DNA from: a virus
Strand: one strand, 5' to 3'
IMG/VR virus record: IMGVR_UViG_3300035695_000001
Coordinates: 50,139 to 114,138 of that record
Length of the DNA: 64,000 nt
The translations under genes were made by a program, and so were the position numbers. The notes below the pieces were generated by a model. It did not search any database. It saw only the letters and a list, made by a program, of their open reading frames with translations, and was not told the origin of the DNA. Below, piece after piece: positions 8,763 through 18,745 of this stretch (position 1 is its first letter; each line of letters starts with the position of its first letter).

Positions 8763-9979
8763 CAGGTGCTACCAGGGGAAGGACCGAGGATGAGGGCCCC
8801 GCTCGGGATGAGGATGCCGGACGTTCTCTGCCCACCGCTCACGTCGAGGTGCAGGGTACGTTCAAGCATCCAGAAGGTGGCGTCGAGCCCCTCTGGGACG
8901 ATGGCCAGCCGGCCCTGTGTGTCCACCGACCAGACCGCGCCAGATTTCGTGAGCCAGCCGTCGACCGTCCACCCCTTGACCTGGTAGGCGTGGACCGCGT
9001 GCTTGCCCAACACAAGTTGCGCCGCCGCGGTACACTTGGTCGGGTCTGAACTGTGCTTGTCTTTGTAGATCAGCGGCTTGGTCGGATGGGTCGCGCTCTT
9101 GTAAACGCATAGCGTAGGGAGCACGTCCGAAGCCAGCGTGACCGGGCTCTTGGGCCTGCTGGCGTTGAACGCGGCACCGCTCGTACCAGGCGGCGGCCCC
9201 TGTTGGCCAGCCTGCCCAATGACTGACGCCTGGGAGAACGCCTGCTTGTTGGTGGTCTCGACCTCGATGTCGCCGTAGAACAGGTTGAACTCTGAGCCGA
9301 GTCCTGGTTGCGTCGACATCCCCAGCGACCACGACCTTCCCTGTGTGTAGTTCGCCGTACCAAGGATGATCCCGCCGTTGCCGTCGTCGCGCATGACGAC
9401 GCCGAGCCTGGTCACGATCTTGTTGATGAAGGCGACGCAGTTCTCACCCTCCTTAGCTACCGCTGCCTTGGTTTTCAGATCGCTCACCACGAACGGCGGA
9501 GCGGTCCCTCCGGGCAACGGCTTGCCTGAAAGAGCCTCGGCCCGTGCTCTACCGTCGGTGGTGATCGGGAAGCCGGGAGGGTAGTACGGCGCCAGCACCT
9601 GCCGGACAACGGCTTCGATCGACGTCGCCGACTTACTGCGGATCGTGTAGTCAGGGTTGACGTTGGCCTCGTGCGCCGTGGTGAGCAGGCTCTCGCACTG
9701 GATCTGGAGCGTGCATCCCGTCTTGGCGCTGTACCTCCGCTTCGCGCTGACGACGAGGTAGCGCCCCTGGCAGGCGCTGTTGACGTAGACACGAACCTCT
9801 GCCCCGCGGTCGAGCCTGGTCCTGTAGTCGTTCCACCGCGCGAGAGGCGGAGCGATGTGCAGGTCCAGATGGCCGAGCGGGTCGGTGAAAGAGTCCTTGA
9901 GCGTGGCCTGCGTGAACGTGTCGACGACGAAACCATCAGGGGTCGCGATGCGAAGTTGGGCGCGTGGCTGGTTCGCCAT
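8762..9979 (-). CDS. Baseplate hub (Mu gp44-like)
   Basis: 405 aa; KEGENCVAFINKIVTRLGVVMRDDGNGGIIL and C-terminal GWLTKSGAVWSVD...PEGLDATFWMLERT fit the Mu gp44 pattern. Confidence 0.8.
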   Translation of the reverse strand: MANQPRAQLRIATPDGFVVDTFTQATLKDSFTDPLGHLDLHIAPPLARWNDYRTRLDRGAEVRVYVNSACQGRYLVVSAKRRYSAKTGCTLQIQCESLLTTAHEANVNPDYTIRSKSATSIEAVVRQVLAPYYPPGFPITTDGRARAEALSGKPLPGGTAPPFVVSDLKTKAAVAKEGENCVAFINKIVTRLGVVMRDDGNGGIILGTANYTQGRSWSLGMSTQPGLGSEFNLFYGDIEVETTNKQAFSQASVIGQAGQQGPPPGTSGAAFNASRPKSPVTLASDVLPTLCVYKSATHPTKPLIYKDKHSSDPTKCTAAAQLVLGKHAVHAYQVKGWTVDGWLTKSGAVWSVDTQGRLAIVPEGLDATFWMLERTLHLDVSGGQRTSGILIPSGALILGPSPGST

Positions 9980-9982
9980 ACG

Positions 9983-10939
9983 TCAGGCCGCCGTGTAGTA
10001 GGTGATGGCCTTGTACTTCGGCACCTGGACGAATGGGATCAACTGCGGGTTGAGCCCGAGGATGTCGTCGAAGGTGTTGCCCACCGAGTTTGCAAACGCG
10101 GCCAGGGTGGTAGGTGTGTCGATGGTCCTGCTCGCGGTTGGCCGGTTGGCCAGGCCGATCTGCGTCTGGGCGCCCTGGATGTAGGAGAAGAACGCCCAGA
10201 CGGCCGACAGCGCCTGGGACGCCTGACAGGCGTCGAGCGACGTCAGGATCTCAGCCATCGCGATGACGTCACCGATGAGCGCCAGGATCTGCGCCAGCGT
10301 CGTGAATGACAGCGAGAAGACGCCGCCCGAGATGGCCGCCCAGATCGACGAGAGAGAGATGCTCGCGCCCGTCGGCATCCCGTACATGCCCCACGTTTGC
10401 TGGGGCAGCCTCCCAGGCCCAGGGAAGACACCGAACTCGGCGCACGCTGCATCGGCAGCGCTCGCCAATGTGGCTGGGTTGCCGGCGAGCACGTCGCCGA
10501 AGAAGGCGATGGTGCTCGGATCCTCGTTGGTCAACTCCCAGGTGATGGTCACCGTGATGCCGCTCAGGCTCTCGGTGGTGATGGTCGTCGACCCGTCCGC
10601 CACGACGGCGCGAACCGACCCAAGGAGCGGGTGGACGAGATCCCCGGGGTTGCCGTCGAGCACCTGGGTCTTGAAGACCTCCCAGTATTCTGGGAACCAG
10701 CGCGCGTACCCCAGCGGTGGCGCTTGCGTCTGCGTGTTCAGGAAGCGGCACTCGACCTTGAACGGCTTGACGTCCATCCCGGTCCAGTCGTGGCCGGCGA
10801 TGTCGACATAGGGGTACTCACGCTTCGCCTGACGGTGCGTCCATTCGAGCGGGAAGGCGTGGTACGGCGGGAGCAAGAGCCCGCGCCAAGACGGCGCGGA
10901 GAGCCCTTGGATGATGGTGCTGTCGCCGGTCGCCATCAC
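9983..10939 (-). CDS. DNA circularization protein (Mu gp43/N-like) with C-terminal LysM-like region
   Basis: PSWRG...HRQAKREYPYVD...DWTG...GDLVHPLLG signature; directly after the tape measure gene. Confidence 0.85.
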   Translation of the reverse strand: MMATGDSTIIQGLSAPSWRGLLLPPYHAFPLEWTHRQAKREYPYVDIAGHDWTGMDVKPFKVECRFLNTQTQAPPLGYARWFPEYWEVFKTQVLDGNPGDLVHPLLGSVRAVVADGSTTITTESLSGITVTITWELTNEDPSTIAFFGDVLAGNPATLASAADAACAEFGVFPGPGRLPQQTWGMYGMPTGASISLSSIWAAISGGVFSLSFTTLAQILALIGDVIAMAEILTSLDACQASQALSAVWAFFSYIQGAQTQIGLANRPTASRTIDTPTTLAAFANSVGNTFDDILGLNPQLIPFVQVPKYKAITYYTAA

Positions 10940-13107
10940 TTCCCCGGAGTCGCGCCAGAGAAGACGCTGCCGCCACTGCCGTGGTTGGCTCGATCGACGA
11001 TCGTGCCCAGCGTAGCGATGTGACGGCCGATTGCATCGGCTGCGGCGTGTTGCTTGTCGGCTGCGGCGTGTTGCTTGTCGGCTGCGGCGTGTTGCTTGTC
11101 GGCTGTTGGACTCCCAGTAGCCGGCGTAGTACCAGGCGCTGCTGTGGTCGTATGGTCACCTGACCCACCGAGCCCGCCACCCTCGTCGTAAGCCGCTAGG
11201 GCTTGCTTGTGCTCCTTGAGCTTGGCGTACATCGCCATCAACTCGACTTGGGTCCGGCCCTTGGATTGCTCGCCTGAGTCAAGGGCAGCCTCCTCCTCGC
11301 CGACGTAGAATCTGGAAGCGTCAACGATTCGCTTCTTGAGCAGCCTCCGCTTGACCGAAGTCTCCTTGGACTCGCCAGGCTTCTCCTCGCCGAGCGCTGC
11401 GTACTGCGAGAGCGCCTCCTGACGCTCTTGCGCGTACGTCGCCATGGCGTTTGTATGCTCGCCGCCGCTGACCAGGTGTAGCGCTTGCAGGAATGCGACG
11501 ACGCCACGGACGGCCGTACCGAGGAGACCCACGGAGCCAGCGAGCGCCTCCCACAGCCCCTTGTTTGCTCCGATCTCTTTCATGAACCCGGTCAGCGTTG
11601 GGACCATCTCCTTGCCCACCGCCTGGACCAGGCTCTGCCAGGCGGCTTCCATCTGGGCTCCGCCCGTCGCTTGGACCGTGTTCACGTCCTGGAGCAGGTC
11701 CTTGTAGTCGCCCGACGCGGCGGCCAGTTCATCGAACTTGGCCTTGACCGCGGATGCCCCGGCGGCGGCCTTCTCCTTCTCGGTCCCCTGTGTTGAGGCA
11801 TACGCCTTATTGAAGGCGTCGAGCATTGGCGTCATCACGGCGCCTGGCTGACCCCTGCCGCCACCGCCGAAGATTTTGTCGAGCGCGAGCTTCATCGGGA
11901 CCGCGTTGGTCTCGTCCCCCTTGACGGTGTTCTGGGCGCGGGCCTTCACGAACATCTCCGCCATGATGTCTTGGATCGGACGGATCTTTGCCTGCCCGTG
12001 CTCGTCCTTCTCGGTCGAGTAGACGTCGAGTCCTAGACCACCCTTCCCGGTCCCCTTTAGTTTCGTGGCCTGGCTCGTGAGTTTGGACATGAACATGCCC
12101 ACAGCCTGGCCTGAACGCTCCGGGTCTCCACCCTCGCCCGCCGCACCGAGGAGCGCGTTCATGCCGCGAACGCCGAGCCGCTCGATGTCGTAACCTGCAC
12201 CCTTTGCACGCCCTGATGCCAACTGGAGTTGTGACGCCGCCTGCTCGAACGAGACGCCGCCAACCTTCGCACGAGCAGCAACTGCGGCCAGAGCGTCGCC
12301 CATCTCGTTGACGTCCTTGATCTTGAACTCGCGGTGGAGTTTGCCCGCGAGCGCCCCGATCTCCTCCGTCCCCTTCCCGGTCGCCTGCGACACCTTGGCG
12401 ATGACGTCGGCGTACTTCCGCGCGTCGGGGAGACTCCCGCTCTTCTCACGGAAAGCCCCTACGCCGGCTGCCACGTCCTCGGCCTTCATGCCAGGGTTGG
12501 CGATGGCGGTCTCCTCGAACTCCCGACGGAGCGCGGAGACGTTGGTCAACTTTTCTCCTGGACGGCGCGCGTCGATGGCAATGCGACGGGCGATCCCCTG
12601 GAGTTTCATCGACTCGCGGACGGCTCCGCTGATGCCGTCGATGACCTTGCCGCTGAGTCCAGAGAGGCTGGTCATCCAGCCGGCGCCGAGGTCGCTGATG
12701 AGCCGCTTCCCGATCCCTCCTAGGAGGTTCGGCACGACCATGGCAATGCGACGGGCCGAAGCCACCGCGGCGTCTTCGACCTTCTTGATCGATGCTTCCT
12801 GAGCCGCGGCGGCCTTCTTCGCCTCGTCCTCCCGGATCTTCGCGACCGCCTTGGCATCTGCCATGGCTTTCTTCGCAGCATCAGAAGACGCCTTGGCCGT
12901 AGCGCGCTCCTGTGCCGCCATCTCGGCCGTGACGTTGCGCGAGACGCCTAGCCTGGCGTTCATCGCCTTGCGCCACTCGGCGTCGGCACGTTCCTGTGCA
13001 GCCTGCTGAGCGGCTTGCGCTCGCACGCCGTCCTCGCCCAGCGTGGCGATGGCCTTCTTCAGTTCGGCGTCGCCGATCTTGCTGAACTGCCAGACGACTT
13101 CGGGCAT
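10936..13107 (-). CDS. Tail tape measure protein
   Basis: 723 aa, Ala/Lys-rich helical; AKVSQATG...IGALAG...DALAAVAARAKVGGVSFEQ core; synteny. Confidence 0.85.
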   Translation of the reverse strand: MPEVVWQFSKIGDAELKKAIATLGEDGVRAQAAQQAAQERADAEWRKAMNARLGVSRNVTAEMAAQERATAKASSDAAKKAMADAKAVAKIREDEAKKAAAAQEASIKKVEDAAVASARRIAMVVPNLLGGIGKRLISDLGAGWMTSLSGLSGKVIDGISGAVRESMKLQGIARRIAIDARRPGEKLTNVSALRREFEETAIANPGMKAEDVAAGVGAFREKSGSLPDARKYADVIAKVSQATGKGTEEIGALAGKLHREFKIKDVNEMGDALAAVAARAKVGGVSFEQAASQLQLASGRAKGAGYDIERLGVRGMNALLGAAGEGGDPERSGQAVGMFMSKLTSQATKLKGTGKGGLGLDVYSTEKDEHGQAKIRPIQDIMAEMFVKARAQNTVKGDETNAVPMKLALDKIFGGGGRGQPGAVMTPMLDAFNKAYASTQGTEKEKAAAGASAVKAKFDELAAASGDYKDLLQDVNTVQATGGAQMEAAWQSLVQAVGKEMVPTLTGFMKEIGANKGLWEALAGSVGLLGTAVRGVVAFLQALHLVSGGEHTNAMATYAQERQEALSQYAALGEEKPGESKETSVKRRLLKKRIVDASRFYVGEEEAALDSGEQSKGRTQVELMAMYAKLKEHKQALAAYDEGGGLGGSGDHTTTAAPGTTPATGSPTADKQHAAADKQHAAADKQHAAADAIGRHIATLGTIVDRANHGSGGSVFSGATPGK
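11036..11105. repeat. 21-bp tandem repeat x3.3 (ADKQHAA) in the tape measure C-terminus
   Basis: tcggctgcggcgtgttgcttg repeated perfectly three times. Confidence 0.95.
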
Positions 13108-13111
13108 GGCG

Positions 13112-13501
13112 CTACGACCCCACCTGGTTCAAGGCGTCGTCCAGACGCTGCTCGGCGAGCGCGGCGACCTCCGCCGTACGGGAGAAGCCCTTCTTCTCCA
13201 CGAAACTGGCGTGCTCGGCGTGCGCTCCCCAGGTCACCGTCACCGAGTCCGCGTCGATGACGGGAACTTCGGCGTAGGTGCTGGCGTCCAGCGCGCCGGT
13301 CTTGCTCTTGTACGCGGCGCTCGCCAGCGCCTCGGCCGTGGCTTCGTCCAGCGTGGTCTTCATGACCTCGGCGACGCCTTCCAGAGCCTTGATCTGTTCT
13401 GCGGAAGCGCCAGGCATCTCAGCGGCTTCGTCCACCTCGCGCAACGCTGCCGCGACAGCGTCTGCACCAGTGGCAGTGAAGTCCCAGAGGAGGGCTGGCA
13501 T
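13112..13501 (-). CDS. Putative neck/tail-completion protein (HK97 gp10-like)
   Basis: KTGALDAST...VTWGAHAEHASFVE resembles the gp10-like TGxL...YAxFVE pattern. Confidence 0.5.
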   Translation of the reverse strand: MPALLWDFTATGADAVAAALREVDEAAEMPGASAEQIKALEGVAEVMKTTLDEATAEALASAAYKSKTGALDASTYAEVPVIDADSVTVTWGAHAEHASFVEKKGFSRTAEVAALAEQRLDDALNQVGS

Positions 13502-13504
13502 TGC

Positions 13505-14239
13505 TTACTCCGCGGCGGGCTCCGGCCTGGCAGCCAGCGCCGCTTCCAGTTCTGCGATCCGCACTCGCGCAGCAGCCAGCGCAGACTCCGCTGCCTCTCG
13601 GTCGGCAACGAACGCCGGGAGCGCTGCCTGTGCGTCCACGACCTCCTGCCTGGCGCTTGTGAGTTTTGCGGCCATGAGCGACGCGATGAGGATCGTCTCG
13701 CTCATGCTCCTTGGAGCGAACAGGATCTTGGGGATGTCGGTCCCGATGTTGCTGGCCAGGGCCGGCGCCATCTTCTCGACGATCTCGTCGGCGCTCTCCA
13801 CCGTGAGGGCCGGAGCGAGCGCCATCTCCTCCTTCGTCAGCCGGTACATGTTGTGGAGCGCCAGCCAGTTGTCGTCCGTCAGGCGCGACCGCATCGCGTC
13901 CGGGTTTTGGAACACCTGGCCACCCGGGGTACCGTCCGGCTTGACGTACCGCACGGCCAGACAGAGCGCTTCCAACGTCTCGGCCGAAACGCGGAGCCTG
14001 TCGTCGGCGCGTACGATCTCGGCGGCCTCCGCGTGCTTGGCCTTCTTGGAGAGGGCGACACGGCGGTCCGCCGCGAACACCAGTACGTCGTCGTCCTCTG
14101 CCGGGTTGAGCAGGACGATGGCCACGTTGAGCACCTGGTGCCCAGGCGCCCTGTAGAAGCCGTCGATGGGCCAGACCTTGAACTTGCGCGGCTGCTCGTC
14201 GATCAGTCTGAGGATGTCGATGGTCTGCTCTTGGCTCAT
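13505..14239 (-). CDS. Putative tail assembly chaperone
   Basis: Position between tube and tape measure; helical protein. Confidence 0.55.
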   Translation of the reverse strand: MSQEQTIDILRLIDEQPRKFKVWPIDGFYRAPGHQVLNVAIVLLNPAEDDDVLVFAADRRVALSKKAKHAEAAEIVRADDRLRVSAETLEALCLAVRYVKPDGTPGGQVFQNPDAMRSRLTDDNWLALHNMYRLTKEEMALAPALTVESADEIVEKMAPALASNIGTDIPKILFAPRSMSETILIASLMAAKLTSARQEVVDAQAALPAFVADREAAESALAAARVRIAELEAALAARPEPAAE

Positions 14240-14850
14240 GACGTCGATCCTGTCGCAGCCCTGGCCGCGGCGAAAGCCATTCGATGCCCGTCAAGCAGGT
14301 GGCCCACTGGAATCCCCCAGTAGCGCTCTGGGCGCGGGATCCAGATCGGCCCCTTCGCAGCAAGGTGCAGGTCCATGCACTCGGCCAGAGCCCGCGCCCT
14401 GGCGATGTTCGTCTCGTCCGCGGCGCCTTCCTTCAGGCGCTCGTGCCAGGCTCTGACGTCGCTCGTTCGGTACGTCGGGCAGATGGCACCGAGGACCGTA
14501 AGGGCGGCCTCTGACAGCCCCTCCCACACCTCGGCGGGGAGCCGTCCGACGACTTCTTGTGAGGGGAAGATGGGGGCGGTGCCAGCCCAGACAGTGGTAG
14601 CGATGATCGTCCGCATTGCGCGGCGACCCTCCACGGCTGGCACCTCCGGGCACTCGGCAAGGTCCCAGGCTGAAGCCAGGACCAGCGAGGGGACCGCCCA
14701 GACCGTCATGGCCAAGGTGGGAGCGAAGGGAAGCCGGTAGGCCAGTCGCTTCGATGGGCGCGGGTCCAGCGTCCCGTCCGAACGCGGCGTCCCGAGCAGG
14801 CTGCGCCAGAGCCTGTCGGGCGCGATGTCAGTCGGCGGCGAGACGCCCAT
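14236..14850 (-). CDS. Putative tail assembly chaperone
   Basis: Immediately after the tube gene; ATGA-coupled to the next gene. Confidence 0.5.
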   Translation of the reverse strand: MGVSPPTDIAPDRLWRSLLGTPRSDGTLDPRPSKRLAYRLPFAPTLAMTVWAVPSLVLASAWDLAECPEVPAVEGRRAMRTIIATTVWAGTAPIFPSQEVVGRLPAEVWEGLSEAALTVLGAICPTYRTSDVRAWHERLKEGAADETNIARARALAECMDLHLAAKGPIWIPRPERYWGIPVGHLLDGHRMAFAAARAATGSTS

Positions 14851-14853
14851 GGG

Positions 14854-15255
14854 TCACTGGAACAGAGCCGGGTCGCCCTCGAAGTCCGCGGAGAACTCCG
14901 TGATCGCCCCGTCCGCCGTCGTGACCTTCGGACCCGTGGTGATGTGGCACTGCCCCGAAGCCGCGGCCCCGTCGCTGTACCGCTGGATCTGGTAGTCGAG
15001 GATCTCGGAATTGGCGAACGCCAGTTCCAGGTCGAGCCCGTTGGCCAGAAACTGGAAGTCCATGTGGTCGACGATGTTGAACTTCCTGGTGGTCGATCCA
15101 GCCGTCGTCCCCATGTAGTTGCGGAGCGGGGAGCGCAGCGTCTCGCGCTTCCCGTCCAGTGACGTGTCGAACTTGACGTTGTTGGCGCGGATCCCTCCGC
15201 CACCCTGGGCAAGGGACCAGATGGACACGAAGTACAGTTCACCCAAACCTGCCAT
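14854..15255 (-). CDS. Tail tube protein
   Basis: 133-aa beta-rich protein directly after the sheath; AGGAG RBS upstream. Confidence 0.75.
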   Translation of the reverse strand: MAGLGELYFVSIWSLAQGGGGIRANNVKFDTSLDGKRETLRSPLRNYMGTTAGSTTRKFNIVDHMDFQFLANGLDLELAFANSEILDYQIQRYSDGAAASGQCHITTGPKVTTADGAITEFSADFEGDPALFQ

Positions 15256-15286
15256 GGTTCACTCCTGTGCGTGCGCCTTGGCGCGT

Positions 15287-17527
15287 TCAGCTCGGGTCGC
15301 TGGTCTCGTTGATCAGCGTCTGCTGCCAGTTGTTGTGGCGCGCGACCCTGAGCGCGACGCCGAGGCTCCACCCGCCCTGCTGAAGAATCGTGGTGTCGGT
15401 GGCCGCCTTCATGTCCTTCAGGTAGGTCGGGTCGAGCAGTGGCTTCCCGTTCTGGTACTGACCGCACATCTGCGTGATGAGCAGGTTCGCGGCCGAGTCC
15501 ACCATGAACGGGTAGACCTGCCCAGGGATGGGCTTCACGCCAGAGGCGGGGTTCGCCTGGATGTTGCCCTTGTTGAGGCCACGCGCCTTGCAGATGGCCG
15601 CGAAGGCAGCCCACCACTCGATCATCACCGAGCCGATGTGGCCCTCCCTCGCCCGGTAGTCCTCCGTGGTCGTAGGGCTCCCCGGGGGCAGCCAGGAGTA
15701 GCTGGCGATGTCCCGGCGGATGAAGGCCGCGCCGGACCCGTCGTAGGTCACGTCACAGCACCCCCCGTTGAGCAGGGTGACCTCGTCGGTCTGGGACCAG
15801 ACGTTGGACAGGAGGTACGGCGTCGGGAAGGGGCAGACAGTGCCGAGGTTGGAGTCCGTGGTGTAGCCGGTCAGGTTCACCGCGGCGTAGACACTCTGCT
15901 CCTTGCTCAGGATCCCGGTGTACGCCGCGGCGCGCATGCTCGGGGGCCAGTCATTGGCGGTGGCCGGGATGACCTTGAAGAAGGTGCTGTTGACCACGCT
16001 GGCCTGGGCGACCGATGCGGACTGCGTCGAGGTGCCGTCGACCCCGCAGATCCCGAACTGGCTCTTGCCGACGGTGGGGGTGAGGCTCTGCGAGATGTAG
16101 GCGCTGTACTGGCCGACACCACCGTCGCTCGCGTTGCCACCGCTCGTCGCCGTGCAGGCAATGGCGTGGTAGGTGAACTCCCTCGCCGAGACTGCGGTGA
16201 TCGCGTTCGCGCAGGAGTCCGCACCCGCCCCGTTGACGGTCGAACCGGCCGAGATCGTGGTGGCGTTGGTCGGGTTGTCGTAGCTGAGCCGGACCTGGTC
16301 GAGCCAGTAGTTGGAGCGCGCCCCCAGTTGGTAGGTAGTGAGGGTGATCGTCGAGGCGCCGCCCGACGCCGCCCCGTTGTGCTCGGAGGTGTCCCAGCCG
16401 GCCACCTTGGCGACGACCGACCCGGAGGTGAACTGGACCCCCTTGGCCGTCGCGCCTGCCGTGTTGGTCGCCCACGTCACGCTGTTGTTGGCGTTCGCGG
16501 TGCCCGTCGAGCCGGCCGTGCCGCCGGTGAAGGTGCTCGTCAGGAGGCCAGCCATCTGCGACGCCGTCACCTGAGCGACGTTGGGCACGTTCCCGGTGCC
16601 GTTCGTCAGCGCTCCGACCGAGAGGCCGAGCGACGTCAGCACGTCCGCGGAGCCGGCCACGACCGCGCCCACCGCGGCGCTCCCGAGCTGGTTGCTGGTG
16701 AGTTGCGTCTGCCCTCCGTTGTTGAGGGCCACGCCGCCCGTGAGCCCGCCAGGGAGGGCGCTGTTGATCTTGGCGTGGAAGGCCGCCTGCGTTGCCTCCG
16801 ACCCGGAGAACGTGACCACCGTCTGCGTCCCCATGAACGACAGGGTCAGCGTGTGGCTGGCGGTGACCGCTGCGTACGTCGCGCCTGAGCCGGTGACCGT
16901 CGCCGCCGCGGCCGAGATGGTGAGGGTCTGCGCGCCTGCCTCGTCCACCTTGCCGACCAGGGTGTCCCCGTTGACCAGGGCCACGGGGAAGGCGTTGGCG
17001 CTGCTGGTCTCGGAGCCGTTGGTGGCCGCGCTCCCGCTCATCGCCGAGAAGGGGAGGTCCGGGTCGGCGTTGATGGTGTCGACGAGGTTGGAGACCTGGG
17101 TGCTCGGCGAGTCGCCCGCTGCGACCGTGATGCCCATCCTGGACTTGCCGGGGACGTTGACGGCGCAGGAGTCGATGTAGAGGTCGCAGCCGACACTGGC
17201 GTTCGTCGCGAGGGTCCAGGTGCGCGTGCTCGCAGTCGCGCCGCCCGCCTGCGCCATCGCCACGATCGTCACGAGGACGTTGGGGTCGATGATGCGCAGC
17301 GCGCGGTGCATCCACGCGGCCTCGGACCTGGAGCCGTAGCGGGTGTTGCAGTCGGCCTGGGACTTGACCGGCGAGCCCAGCGTCTCGACGCTCTCCGTCC
17401 CGGCGGCGAGCATGTTGGCGATGATGACGACGTTGCGGGAGGTCCCGTTCGCCGTGCTCCCGCCCTGCGCGGGCTTGAAGTCACGTTCGGAACTTGGAAT
17501 GGGCCACGAGGCCGGGGGGAAGCTCAT
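15287..17527 (-). CDS. Contractile tail sheath protein with inserted domain
   Basis: Start re-called at MSFPPASWP. RNVVIIANMLAAG...TRYGSRSEAAWM, and C-terminal EVTLLNGGCCDV...FIRRDIASY, match the Mu gpL-like sheath pattern. Confidence 0.9.
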   Translation of the reverse strand: MSFPPASWPIPSSERDFKPAQGGSTANGTSRNVVIIANMLAAGTESVETLGSPVKSQADCNTRYGSRSEAAWMHRALRIIDPNVLVTIVAMAQAGGATASTRTWTLATNASVGCDLYIDSCAVNVPGKSRMGITVAAGDSPSTQVSNLVDTINADPDLPFSAMSGSAATNGSETSSANAFPVALVNGDTLVGKVDEAGAQTLTISAAAATVTGSGATYAAVTASHTLTLSFMGTQTVVTFSGSEATQAAFHAKINSALPGGLTGGVALNNGGQTQLTSNQLGSAAVGAVVAGSADVLTSLGLSVGALTNGTGNVPNVAQVTASQMAGLLTSTFTGGTAGSTGTANANNSVTWATNTAGATAKGVQFTSGSVVAKVAGWDTSEHNGAASGGASTITLTTYQLGARSNYWLDQVRLSYDNPTNATTISAGSTVNGAGADSCANAITAVSAREFTYHAIACTATSGGNASDGGVGQYSAYISQSLTPTVGKSQFGICGVDGTSTQSASVAQASVVNSTFFKVIPATANDWPPSMRAAAYTGILSKEQSVYAAVNLTGYTTDSNLGTVCPFPTPYLLSNVWSQTDEVTLLNGGCCDVTYDGSGAAFIRRDIASYSWLPPGSPTTTEDYRAREGHIGSVMIEWWAAFAAICKARGLNKGNIQANPASGVKPIPGQVYPFMVDSAANLLITQMCGQYQNGKPLLDPTYLKDMKAATDTTILQQGGWSLGVALRVARHNNWQQTLINETSDPS

Positions 17528-17528
17528 C

Positions 17529-18170
17529 TCAGCTCTCCTCGGCAGCGTGCGCCGCCGGCTGTGGGTTGGTCGCCCGAGACTTGACCCACTTCGTGAGCCC
17601 GTGGACGAGGCTGCTGTGCGGGTCGACCCCGGCGGGCGCCGACTTGTCGAAGAAGACGGGGTGGCCGTTCTCGTTCGGGTGCTCGATGACCAGTCCCTCC
17701 TCACGGAGGGTGGCCAGCGCTTCGCCGAGGGCCTGTCCGCTGAGCCCGAGGCCGGTCAGGGTGTGCGTGACCTGTGCGGGGACATTGGCGGCGCGCCAGG
17801 CGACGTACTGTGCCTCCGCTCTGGCAGCGTCCTGCGCCTGCTTCGCCTCCGCCTGCGCCTTGAATGCAGCCTCGGCGCTCTCCTGGTCCGGGGCGTCGAC
17901 CTCGGCGAGGATCGCCAGCGTCTTGCCCGCCTCCTTGCGGAGGTTGGCGTGGTCGGCGATGACCTGCTCACGCGGGATGAAGCCGGCCGCCTTGTGGGGG
18001 TGCGTCGGGGTCGAGTGCCGACCCATCACCGGCTCGGGGCGGGGAGGAGCAGCCTTGACGCCGACGGGTCGGACCCGCGGCGGGTTGGACGTGGCCAGGT
18101 GTGGGTCGAGCACGAGGTGGACGTGGCCCGAACCCTCCTGCGGGAGGGCGGTGACGAGCAGGAAGCGCAT
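17529..18170 (-). CDS. Hypothetical virion-operon protein
   Basis: Start re-called at MRFLLVTAL; precedes the sheath gene. Confidence 0.6.
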   Translation of the reverse strand: MRFLLVTALPQEGSGHVHLVLDPHLATSNPPRVRPVGVKAAPPRPEPVMGRHSTPTHPHKAAGFIPREQVIADHANLRKEAGKTLAILAEVDAPDQESAEAAFKAQAEAKQAQDAARAEAQYVAWRAANVPAQVTHTLTGLGLSGQALGEALATLREEGLVIEHPNENGHPVFFDKSAPAGVDPHSSLVHGLTKWVKSRATNPQPAAHAAEES

Positions 18171-18184
18171 GAAGGGCCTCTCGG

Positions 18185-18745
18185 TCAGATGAGTTGGGCG
18201 TCTCGACGGAGCAGCCACTGCGCGCCGTCGAACCAGAAGAGCCAGTTGGCGGGGAAGATGATCGACGACAGCACGCCGCCGTTCGTGCCGCCATTCACGA
18301 ATGTGACGGTGTTCCCGCTGGCGTCGGACCGAGTGACCTCGATCTTCGACCCGCGTGGGATCAGCGTCGCGCCGTCGAGGTAGAAGGGTGACAGCGTGAC
18401 CGTCAGCGCGCCGGTCAGTCCCGCAGGGATGACCCGCCACGGGCCGCCATAGACGCCGATGGTGAGCGCTCCGCTGGCCTGGGTGATGTCGGGGCCGCGG
18501 TCGTCCTCCGGTTGGAGGATCCATGCCCCGCTCACCGTTGGGTTGGTCGGGATGATGACGCTCCAGCCATCGTCGTACTGGCTCGGCGGAGACCCCTGTG
18601 CGAGCGGAGAGCCTGGCACGAAGGCGAAGAGGCCCGACGGCTTGCCCCCGAGCACGTAGGCGTAGTGCGTGACGGTGAACGGGTTCGTGGCCCGCAGTTC
18701 CGCCAGGTTCTGGTAGATGCCTGCTGCCAGCCTCGGCGAGCCCAT
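18185..18745 (-). CDS. Hypothetical virion protein
   Basis: 186-aa beta-rich ORF, TGATG-coupled within the structural operon. Confidence 0.6.
   Translation of the reverse strand: MGSPRLAAGIYQNLAELRATNPFTVTHYAYVLGGKPSGLFAFVPGSPLAQGSPPSQYDDGWSVIIPTNPTVSGAWILQPEDDRGPDITQASGALTIGVYGGPWRVIPAGLTGALTVTLSPFYLDGATLIPRGSKIEVTRSDASGNTVTFVNGGTNGGVLSSIIFPANWLFWFDGAQWLLRRDAQLI

Noticed and set aside
13505-14850. Programmed -1 frameshift in the tail chaperones
   Set aside because: Two separate ATGA-coupled ORFs; no convincing slippery heptamer found near the first stop.
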